Of a stretch of 64,000 bases of DNA, positions 38,501-49,900 are shown piece by piece. How positions within the stretch are numbered: position 1 is the first letter of the stretch; each line of letters starts with the position of its first letter. The translations under genes were made by a program, and so were the position numbers. Under the pieces are notes generated by a model. It did not search any database. It saw only the letters and a list, made by a program, of their open reading frames with translations, and was not told the DNA's origin. Origin of the DNA: Macrostomum hystrix (Eukaryota > Animalia > Platyhelminthes); the NCBI GenBank assembly GCA_950097015.1, contig CATNEN010000038.1, forward strand, positions 4,464,001-4,528,000. The letters are read 5' to 3'.

Positions 38501-39990
38501 CGTATTCGCAAACAGGAATTAGAGTCAAGTTGCCAGTCGGATCAACCAGAAGGTCGGATGGAGAGGTGCTCCACTCGGGCACTTCCAGGTACACTCGCTG
38601 GTGCCGCGTGCTGCAGTTCAAACTAACCGGCTCTCCATTGCTCCAATAAAATTTAGACATCGTTTCTAGAAAATCGAAGCGATGCATGCATGACTGAAGA
38701 ACTAAAGTTGTAATAATGAGCAGCTCAACTACACGACCATGAGCCAACAAACTCATTCTCCTGTTTGACCCGAAAATGGAAGCTGCACTGCTATAGTAAA
38801 TGGCATTTTGTTTGCTTGTGTGACTTAGCGCACAGAAAATGTGGCGGTACCTTTCAGGCCGTGTTAAACATTGCGACACCAAGGCTTTTTTTCCCACGAA
38901 AATGCGCTAGAAAAAAAGGATTGTGTCACAATGTCACTTAAATAACCAGCAATCTAAACTAGCAAAATAATAGACAGTGCTGCCTCGGACTATGCAAACA
39001 TACAATCAGGTGCATCAGCTTTCGCTTTTCGTTTGCCCAGTGTCGCGATTTCATCAAGGTATTTTTAGAAAGAACGAAAAAGGATTCAACTTCCTCTGTC
39101 TTTGCCAAACTATGTTACTAACCAGGCCCTCTATCAGCGCGACGCCACAATGAGCCCTCCTAGTCCGACGCCAGATGCCAATTTTTTAATTTTTTTCAAA
39201 ACTTACCTAACATTTTCCTAAATGCGATGTTCGAAAAAGAATATGAAAAAACTGGCTCACATAAAGTCAGCGGTCAAATTTCAAGATGTGCAAGATCAAT
39301 GTGATGCGCATGTCCAACAAGTAGGCATTGCTGACACCTACATTAAATGTACAAACCATTGCACACAGCCTCTGTCCAGATTCTCTTGTAGCCGATTGAG
39401 AGGCTCAGCAGGAATGAGAAGAACGACTCGCGCTTCGTTGGAGTATTCGCTCGAACTAGGCGAGCCACTCCCGCCTTTTTCAGCAAACTGCTACTCGAGC
39501 ACAGAGACTCAGCATCAGAGTGCGTTTGCTTGCTTCGCTTGCTGTACAGGCAGATACCCAGCTGCTGGTTGTAGGCTAAGTTGGAGTCAGCAGGGTTCGC
39601 TAATGCCACACATGGATTCGAGGCCGCTTGAGGGCAGCCGACCCCGACATCCCCTGTGTGTGAGAAATCAATTAGTAAAGACGAAAGCAAAGATTTGCTA
39701 ACGCAATTGTCTGCAAGTCAAGAAACTAATCCAAGAGATCACGGTGGGACCGACGTGACAGGTCAGAGAACAGACACGGGAGAGAAGAGAAAGGGGAGAG
39801 ATGAGACACGGGAGGGATGAGACACAGGAGAGATTAGACACGGGAGGGATGAGACACGGGAGAGATGAGACACGGGAGAGATGAGACACGGGAGTCAGAT
39901 TATTTGACAAGTTTGTTAGGTGAAGTCATTTCTAGCTTCAAGCCACTCACCCAGTGCCAGCAGTGAAGCCAGCAGAAGGCAAACTCGCAT
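35580..39990 (-). CDS. C-type-lectin-like plus sushi/CCP-like repeat type I membrane protein, paralogue B (616 aa)
   Basis: Exons 39990-39951 (MRVCLLLASLLALG signal peptide), 39653-39357, 38665-38498, 37587-37300, 37195-36950, 36839-36552, 36464-36153 and 35791-35580 total 1851 nt with all phase-1 introns. Exon sizes 288/246/288/312 match paralogue A. Confidence 0.85.
37807..38312. repeat. 39-bp intronic minisatellite, ~13 copies
   Basis: Unit CTCGGTACTATATGGTACTCAGG(T/C)ACAGTT(T/C)TGTGA(TAT/CAC), inside intron 37588-38497 of paralogue B. Confidence 0.95.
39773..39895. repeat. ~17-bp degenerate tandem repeat GAGATGAGACACGGGA
   Basis: About 7 units in intron 1 of paralogue B. It is the reverse complement of the motif at 11336-11425. 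Confidence 0.75.
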
Positions 39991-40964
39991 GATTTCTCGC
40001 ACCGTATGACAACTTATGAAGTTTCAGAACTGACTGAGTCTTGCATTGCTTAAGCAGACTAAAACTGCATGATTATATATGCGTTTTCTAGGGCTCACAA
40101 TTAATTGGCTAAAGAGGACTCATGCTCATTCACTTGTTTGTACAGTGGCAACCATTCAAAGCTAGAAGCAATGGAAAGTGGAGAAAACGCTAGTCGTTGT
40201 CATGGAAACAGACAATAACAAGGAGCCTGTCATGGTTCCCATCATCGCGATTGTCGATGGCATCACGTCGCGTGAAATTGAACCGTGAGTCATTTTGCTT
40301 CAATGCTCCAAACTTTATTTAAATTTAAACAAAAAGTCAATAAATTTAAATTTTAAGGATGGTAAACACAAAGATGGTGCTGCCAATCTGCGAAATTTTT
40401 AATGAAATCACAAGTAAAAAGAGCATTATTTATTGAATGAGCTACTACTTGCAGTATGTAGAAAAGCAGCTTGGAATGTACAAACATTAATATTTAAGTT
40501 TTTTTCCCTACATTTTAAATCAATAAGAGCAAACAAATTTTATGAATACATAGTAAGGCAAAAAATCACTCGGAACTTAAAAACTGGTCTGAATAAGGAC
40601 GGATAAGTAAAACGCAATGCCAAATCTTTTCTTATAACAAAACGCAAAAAACTGACTAAATGTGCCCGAGATGTTCCCGACTTAATGACCTGGCTGGCAT
40701 GATTGCATCAGCATTGAATAGTTCATTTGAGTGGCGTGTGAAATAAAGTTGTGAAACGCGCGTCTGCTCCCTGTTTCCCTCAGTGAAGGGAATGTCGATT
40801 CTCAAACCAAACCAGCTATTTATCCCCAGGGTACCAATGGGAAGGACTGAGGTGAGATGTCTCAGCGTTTCTAGTCGACTGAATCGACCAGCAACTGGTT
40901 TCAGTTGGTTCGGTTCAAGCATTGACCTCGGGCTCCAGTGTAGAGCCTGAAGTTGACACTCCCT

Positions 40965-43900
40965 TTACAGCAGCTCATAGTACTTGTAGGTCTTCGGGTC
41001 GAAGTAGCAGTTCAGCGACGGGTCGTACAGCAGGTCGATGAGGTCGCCGCGGTCCTCGCCGCCGCTCTGGCTGGAGCCGCGAGAGTCAGACGGCGCCGAC
41101 GATGCCGCATTGGCTGAGACGGCGGCAGTGGCGTATGGCGCCCCGGCCGGAGGACTCAGCACTCGGTTGAAGCTCTGCTCCAAGGTCTCGTCCGACACTC
41201 GAGCGCCCATCATCTCCATCTTGTGATGCTGACCTGGCGAGGGGACCCGCAGCTTCTGCCGGTAGGTGCTCAAGGTGTCCGTGTCGTCGTCCTCGTCTGA
41301 GCTGCTGGCCGAGTTGTCGTGCAGGTGCTTGGCCAACCGCTTCCTTGGAGACTGCGGGTTGGGATTCAGTTGGGATTCAGTTGGGATTCAGTTGGGATTC
41401 ATTTTGGATTCAGTTGAGATTCATTTTGGATTCAGTTGGGATTCATTTGGGATTCAGTTGGGATTCAGTTGAGATTCATTTTGGATTCAGTTGAGATTCA
41501 TTTGGGATTCAGTTGAGATTCATTTGGGATTCAGTTGGGATTCATTTGGGATTCAGTTGAGATTCATTTTGGATTCAGTTGAGATTCATTTTGGATTCAG
41601 TTGAGATTCATTTTGGATTCAGTTGGGATTCAGTTGGGATTCAGTTGGGATTCATTTTGGATTCAGTTGAGATTCAGTTGGGATTCAGTTGGGATTCAGT
41701 TGGGATTCAGTTGGGATTCAGTTGAGATTCAGTTGGGATTCATTTTGGATTCAGTTGAGATTCATTTGGGATTCAGTTGGGATTCATTTGGGATTCAGTT
41801 GAGATTCATTTGGGATTCAGTTGAGATTCATTTGGGATTCAGTTGAGATTCATTTGGGATTCAGTTGGGATTCAGTTGAGATTCATTTTGGATTCAGTTG
41901 GGATTCATTTGAGATTCATTTTGGATTCAGTTGAGATTCATTTTGGATTCAGTTGGGATTCATTTGGGATTCAGTTGAGATTCAGTTGGGATTCATTTTG
42001 GATTCAGTTGAGATTCATTTTGGATTCAGTTGGGATTCATTTGGGATTCAGTTGAGATTCATTTTGGATTCAGTTGAGATTCATTTTGGATTCAGTTGGG
42101 ATTCATTTGGGATTCAGTTAAGATTCATTTTGGATTCAGTTGGGATTCAGTTGGGATTCAGTTGGGATTCATTTTGGATTCAGTTGAGATTCAGTTGGGA
42201 TTCAGTTGGGATTCAGTTGGGATTCAGTTGGGATTCAGTTGGGATTCATTTTGGATTCAGTTGGGATTCATTTTGGATTCAGTTGGGATTCATTTTGGAT
42301 TCAGTTGAGATTCATTTTGGATTCAGTTGAGATTCATTTGGGATTCAGTTGAGATTCATTTGGGATTCAGTTGAGATTCATTTGGGATTCAGTTGGGATT
42401 CAGTTGAGATTCATTTTGGATTCAGTTGGGATTCATTTGAGATTCATTTTGGATTCAGTTGAGATTCATTTTGGATTCAGTTGGGATTCATTTGGGATTC
42501 AGTTGAGATTCATTTTGGATTCAGTTGAGATTCATTTTGGATTCAGTTGGGATTCATTTGGGATTCAGTTAAGATTCATTTTGGATTCAGTTGGGATTCA
42601 GTTGGGATTCAGTTGGGATTCATTTTGGATTCAGTTGAGATTCAGTTGGGATTCAGTTGGGATTCAGTTGGGATTCAGTTGGGATTCAGTTGAGATTCAG
42701 TTGGGATTCATTTTGGATTCAGTTGAGATTCATTTGGGATTCAGTTGGGATTCATTTTGGATTCAGTTGAGATTCATTTGGGATTCAGTTGGGATTCATT
42801 TGGGATTCAGTTGGGATTCATTTTGGATTCAGTTGAGATTCAGTTGGGATTCAGTTGAGATTCATTTTGGATTCAGTTGGGATTCATTTGGGATTCATTT
42901 TGGATTCAGTTGGGATTCATTTGGGATTCAGTTGAGATTCATTTTGGATTCAGTTGAGATTCATTTGGGATTCATTTTGGATTCAGTTGGGATTCATTTG
43001 GGATTCAGTTGAGATTCATTTTGGATTCATTTGAGATTCATTTTGGATTCAGTTGAGATTCATTTGAGATTCATTTTGGATTCAGTTGGGATTCATTTGA
43101 GATTCATTTTGGATTCAGTTGGGATTCATTTGGGATTCATTTTGGATTCAGTTGAGATTCATTTTGGATTCATTTGAGATTCATTTGAGATTCATTTTGG
43201 ATTCAGTTGAGATTCATTTTGGATTCATTTTGGATTCAGTTGGGATTCATTTGAGATTCATTTTGGATTCAGTTGAGATTCATTTTGGATTCAGTTGGGA
43301 TTCATTTGGGATACAGTTGAGATTCATTTTGGATTCTGTTGAGATTCATTTGGGATTCAGTTGAGATTCATTTTGGATTCAGTTGGGATTCAGTTGGGAT
43401 TCAGTTGGGATTCATTTTGGATTCAGTTGAGATTCAGTTGGGATTCAGTTGGGATTCAGTTGGGATTCAGTTGGGATTCAGTTGAGATTCAGTTGGGATT
43501 CATTTTGGATTCAGTTGAGATTCATTTGGGATTCAGTTGGGATTCATTTTGGATTCAGTTGAGATTCATTTGGGATTCAGTTGGGATTCGTTTTGGATTC
43601 AGTTGAGATTCATTTGGGATTCAGTTGGGATTCATTTTGGATTCAGTTGAGATTCATTTGGATTCAGTTGAGATTCATTTTGGATTCAGTTGAGATTCAG
43701 TTGGGATTCAGTTGAGATTCATTTTGGATTCAGTTGGGATTCATTTGAGATTCATTTTGGATTCAGTTGAGATTCATTTGGGATTCATTTTGGATTCAGT
43801 TGAGATTCATTTGAGATTCATTTTGGATTCAGTTGGGATTCATTTGGGATTCATTTTGGATTCAGTTGGGATTCATTTGAGATTCATTTTGGATTCAGTT

Positions 43901-46900
43901 GGGATTCATTTGGGATTCATTTGGGATTCAGTTGGGATTCATTTGAGATTCATTTGGGATTCAGTTGAGATTCATTTTGGATTCAGTTGAGATTCATTTG
44001 GGATTCATTTGGGAATCATTTTGGATTCAGTTGGGATTCATTTGAGATTCATTTTGGATTCAGTTGGGATTCATTTGAGATTCATTTTGGATTCAGTTGG
44101 GATTCATTTGGGATTCATTTTGGATTCAGTTGGGATTCATTTGAGATTCAGTTGGGATTCAGTTGAGATTCATTTGGGATTCAGTTGAGATTCATTTTGG
44201 ATTCAGTTGAGATTCATTTGGGATTCAGTTGAGATTCAGTTGGGATTCAGTTGGGATTCAGTTGGGATTCATTTGAGATTCATTTTAGATTCAGTTGAGA
44301 TTCATTTTGGATTCAGTTGGGATTCATTTGAGATTCATTTTGGATTCAGTTGGGATTCATTTGGGATTCATTTTGGATTCAGTTGGGATTCATTTGAGAT
44401 TCATTTGGGATTCAGTTGAGATTCATTTGGGATTCAGTTGAGATTCATTTGGGATTCAGTTGGGATTCAGTTGAGATTCATTTTGGATTCAGTTGGGATT
44501 CATTTGAGATTCATTTTGGATTCAGTTGAGATTCATTTTGGATTCAGTTGGGATTCATTTGGGATTCAGTTGAGATTCATTTTGGATTCAGTTGAGATTC
44601 ATTTTGGATTCAGTTGGGATTCATTTGGGATTCAGTTAAGATTCATTTTGGATTCAGTTGGGATTCAGTTGGGATTCAGTTGGGATTCATTTTGGATTCA
44701 GTTGAGATTCAGTTGGGATTCAGTTGGGATTCAGTTGGGATTCAGTTGGGATTCAGTTGAGATTCAGTTGGGATTCATTTTGGATTCAGTTGAGATTCAT
44801 TTGGGATTCAGTTGGGATTCATTTTGGATTCAGTTGAGATTCATTTGGGATTCAGTTGGGATTCATTTGGGATTCAGTTGGGATTCATTTTGGATTCAGT
44901 TGAGATTCAGTTGGGATTCAGTTGAGATTCATTTTGGATTCAGTTGGGATTCATTTGGGATTCATTTTGGATTCAGTTGGGATTCATTTGGGATTCAGTT
45001 GAGATTCATTTTGGATTCAGTTGAGATTCATTTGGGATTCATTTTGGATTCAGTTGGGATTCATTTGGGATTCAGTTGAGATTCATTTTGGATTCATTTG
45101 AGATTCATTTTGGATTCAGTTGAGATTCATTTGAGATTCATTTTGGATTCAGTTGGGATTCATTTGAGATTCATTTTGGATTCAGTTGGGATTCATTTGG
45201 GATTCATTTTGGATTCAGTTGAGATTCATTTTGGATTCATTTGAGATTCATTTGAGATTCATTTTGGATTCAGTTGAGATTCATTTTGGATTCATTTTGG
45301 ATTCAGTTGGGATTCATTTGAGATTCATTTTGGATTCAGTTGAGATTCATTTTGGATTCAGTTGGGATTCATTTGGGATACAGTTGAGATTCATTTTGGA
45401 TTCTGTTGAGATTCATTTGGGATTCAGTTGAGATTCATTTTGGATTCAGTTGGGATTCAGTTGGGATTCAGTTGGGATTCATTTTGGATTCAGTTGAGAT
45501 TCAGTTGGGATTCAGTTGGGATTCAGTTGGGATTCAGTTGGGATTCAGTTGAGATTCAGTTGGGATTCATTTTGGATTCAGTTGAGATTCATTTGGGATT
45601 CAGTTGGGATTCATTTTGGATTCAGTTGAGATTCATTTGGGATTCAGTTGGGATTCGTTTTGGATTCAGTTGAGATTCATTTGGGATTCAGTTGGGATTC
45701 ATTTTGGATTCAGTTGAGATTCATTTGGATTCAGTTGAGATTCATTTTGGATTCAGTTGAGATTCAGTTGGGATTCAGTTGAGATTCATTTTGGATTCAG
45801 TTGGGATTCATTTGAGATTCATTTTGGATTCAGTTGAGATTCATTTGGGATTCATTTTGGATTCAGTTGAGATTCATTTGAGATTCATTTTGGATTCAGT
45901 TGGGATTCATTTGGGATTCATTTTGGATTCAGTTGGGATTCATTTGAGATTCATTTTGGATTCAGTTGGGATTCATTTGAGATTCATTTGGGATTCAGTT
46001 GGGATTCATTTGAGATTCATTTGGGATTCAGTTGAGATTCATTTTGGATTCAGTTGAGATTCATTTGGGATTCATTTGGGAATCATTTTGGATTCAGTTG
46101 GGATTCATTTGAGATTCATTTTGGATTCAGTTGGGATTCATTTGAGATTCATTTTGGATTCAGTTGGGATTCATTTGGGATTCATTTTGGATTCAGTTGG
46201 GATTCATTTGAGATTCAGTTGGGATTCAGTTGAGATTCATTTGGGATTCAGTTGAGATTCATTTTGGATTCAGTTGAGATTCATTTGGGATTCAGTTGAG
46301 ATTCAGTTGGGATTCAGTTGGGATTCAGTTGGGATTCATTTGAGATTCATTTTAGATTCAGTTGAGATTCATTTTGGATTCAGTTGGGATTCATTTGAGA
46401 TTCATTTTGGATTCAGTTGGGATTCATTTGGGATTCATTTTGGATTCAGTTGGGATTCATTTGAGATTCATTTTGGATTCAGTTGAGATTCATTTGGGAT
46501 TCAGTTGAGATTCATTTTGGATTCAGTTGGGATTCAGTTGGGATTCAGTTGGGATTCAGTTGGGATTCAGTTGGGATTCAGTTGAGATTCAGTTGGGATT
46601 CATTTTGGATTCAGTTGAGATTCAGTTGGGATTCAGTTGGGATTCAGTTGGGATTCAGTTGAGATTCATTTGGGATTCAGTTGGGATTCATTTTGGATTC
46701 AGTTGAGATTCATTTGGGATTCAGTTGGGATTCATTTTGGATTCAGTTGAGATTCAGTTGGGATTCAGTTGGGATTCATTTGGGATTCAGTTGGGATTCA
46801 TTTTGGATTCAGTTGAGATTCAGTTGGGATTCAGTTGGGATTCAGTTGGGATTCAGTTGAGATTCATTTGGATTCAGTTGAGATTCATTTTGGATTCAGT

Positions 46901-49900
46901 TGAGATTCATTTTGGATTCAGTTGAGATTCAGTTGGGATTCAGTTGGGATTCAGTTGGGATTCAGTTGAGATTCATTTGGGATTCAGTTGGGATTCATTT
47001 TGGATTCAGTTGAGATTCAGTTGGGATTCAGTTGGGATTCAGTTGGGATTCAGTTGGGATTCAGTTGGGATTCATTTGAGATTCAGTTGGGATTCAGTTG
47101 GGATTCAGTTGGGATTCAGTTGGGATTCATTTGAGATTCAGTTGAGATTCAGTTGGGATTCAGTTGGGATTCAGTTGGGATTCAGTTGGGATTCATTTGA
47201 GATTCAGTTGAGATTCAGTTGGGATTCAGTTGGGATTCAGTTGGGATTCAGTTGGGATTCATTTGAGATTCAGTTGAGATTCAGTTGGGATTCAGTTGGG
47301 ATTCAGTTGGGATTCAGTTGGGATTCAGTTGGGATTCATTTGAGATTCAGTTGGGATTCAGTTGGGATTCAGTTGGGATTCATTTGAGATTCAGTTGAGA
47401 TTCAGTTGGGATTCAGTTGAGATTCAGTTGGGATTCAGTTGGGATTCAGTTGGGATTCATTTGAGATTCAGTTGGGATTCAGTTGGGATTCAGTTGAGAT
47501 TCAGTTGAGATTCAGTTGGGATTCAGTTGGGATTCAGTTGAGATTCAGTTGAGATTCAGTTGGGATTCAGTTGAGATTCAGTTGGGATTCAGTTGGGATT
47601 CAGTTGGGATTCATTTGAGATTCAGTTGGGATTCAGTTGGGATTCAGTTGGGATTCAGTTGGGATTCATTTGAGATTCAGTTGAGATTCAGTTGGGATTC
47701 AGTTGGGATTCAGTTGGGATTCAGTTGGGATTCAGTTGGGATTCTGCTGGTTGGGATTTGGCTTGCCTTTGGTTTGGTTGGTTGCAATTTAAATGGGATC
47801 GGTTCAAATGGTTTTTGGGCCCACCTTGTCGTCTTCCGCATCTGAAGTGGCCTCATTTTTTAGATCCTGCAGCATCTGGGCCTCGAAGCTGTCTGACAGG
47901 TCGGTCATCTTGTACTGGCGCAGGTTCAGAGCTGGCCGTGGCGATGTTGCAGCCTGAGGGAAAATTCAATTGTTATTTTTTTTATTTCTTCAAGACAGGA
48001 TGAGCATTTAGGATGGGATGGAGATACAGTCTCGTAGAAGGTAGTATTTTGATTCCATCTGAAGCTACTGCTGCGATTCCATCTGAAGCTACTGCTGCGA
48101 TTCCATCTGAAGCTACTGCTGCGATTCCATCTGAAGCTACTGCTGCGATTCCATCTGAAGCTACTGCTGCGATTCCATCTGAAGCTACTGCTGCGATTCC
48201 ATCTGAAGCTACTGCTGCGATTCCATCTGAAACTGCTGGTTATATTTTAATAGGAACTACTGCAACGATTGTGAATGCCACTACAGCAACAGTAACTCGC
48301 TAATTCTGCTGCATTGCCAACTGAGTTTCAAAGAATTGGTTAAAAGACAGGTAAGAGCTAAACACACCTTGGAAATTTTCGCTTTGACTTCGTCAGCGCT
48401 GATGAGGCGAAGAGACTGTCGGCTCACTCGCTCCCTGGTGTGGCTCGCGGCTGGCGACACCAGCAGAGACGGCGGCTGAGGCTGCGGCGTCGGCTGAGCC
48501 GGGCCGTACCTTTGACGTCCTCGGCGCTGGTCGGAGGTGACTGGCGGACTGGTGAACACGAAGGTGCCAGGGCCGGGCTCGTCCTCCTCGACGTGGTTGT
48601 TGTTGTAGTTGCCGGCTTTTTGGTTGTTACCGGTATCATCTTCAGGCTCGGCTTCGCTGGTGCTGTAGCCGCCACCGCCGCCACCGCCAACCCTTTGGCG
48701 CGCTCTGTTTCCGTTCACAGTGGCAAAAAATTTAGAGCTACAAACACCCAACTGCCTTCCAGAGAGTACAGACAGACAAGCATTGAAACAAACCTGGAAG
48801 CGGCTGATCCCGCTGACAGCACCCTGGTCTGCGCGTTGGCTGGCGGCGGCCTTCGCGGAGGCGTCGGCGACAGCTGCTGCTGCTGCTGCTGATTCGTTGT
48901 GGCAGCTCGCAGGCGTCGCCTCTGATGATGCCGACTGCGCTGCTGCTGCTGCTGCTGCTGACGGCCATTTGGCTCGTCTGGTGGTGGGCGTGGTTGAAGA
49001 GGCGGCTGCGGCTGCCGCTGCTGCTGCTGCTGTGGCTGCTGCTGCAGCCGTGAGACAGCATTTGACTCCGCACTGCTCGGATTAGAAGAGTTCGATGGAT
49101 GCTGCTGCCGTCGCCTCGATGGTGAAGCTGAGGCCATTGACGACGAGGGAGAGGAAGTCTGCTGCTGTTGCTGCTGCTGCTGCTGTTGAAGTGGTTGCCA
49201 CGCGGCCAGCCGAAGCTTGCTAGGATTCAGCAGACGGGTCGGGCAAGCAACGGCGGAGGAGGCTATCGAAGTCGAGGAAGAAGTCGCTGTGGAGCCACCG
49301 CCGCGTTGGCTGCCTCCGCTGTTGCTGCCGCCTCCGCCGCCTCCTGATGCCTCAGCCGGCTCCGTCAGGGCAGTGGACACGCGACAGAGGCGGCAATTGG
49401 CCCCGATGGACACTCGGTCCAGGCTGCGATAGCGTTGGTCGCGCCAAAGCTCGGAAACAAATGCACGCAGGTCTATGGCCAGGTTGGTCCACTGCCAGGT
49501 GAAGGATTGGACTGGTTATAAAGTACGCAAAGATGAAGGATTAACAGGCATTAGAGCCGGTGGTGATTGTTAATTAACAGCCAGCATAACCAGTGGAGGC
49601 GGTGGATTACAGAGTCAACTTACAGAGTTCTTGACAGACAGCAGAGGTATGCGGGCCATCAGCTGGTCGCAGGCAATCTCCTTGACTGTGGTGGAGAACA
49701 GCAGTCGGCGTCTGTTGTTGCCCGAGTCGGTCACGCTGCAAAGCATTTTGGAGTAAAGTACATTTAGCGCAAAGAAAATTTAGTGTAAAGTACATTCGTT
49801 GTGCAAATTTTGTGCCCTATGTACTTTTCATTCCGAAAGCTTATTAAGCCAAGAGCATCTTGGAAAAAGTGTACTCACATGAGCTCAAACGAGAATTCTG

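Noticed and set aside
41266-47845. Many ORFs of the type MRFILDSVGIQLGFSWDS..
   Set aside because: They are translations of the 11-mer satellite on the non-coding strand of an intron.
48013-48303. ORF with IPSEATAA repeats
   Set aside because: It is a 24-bp intronic minisatellite antisense to CFAP20DC, with no splice or promoter support.
48424-49432. Multiple overlapping poly-Ala/Ser/Cys ORFs (also at 51058-51792 and 58289-59198)
   Set aside because: They are alternative-frame or antisense shadows of GC-rich CAG-repeat coding exons.
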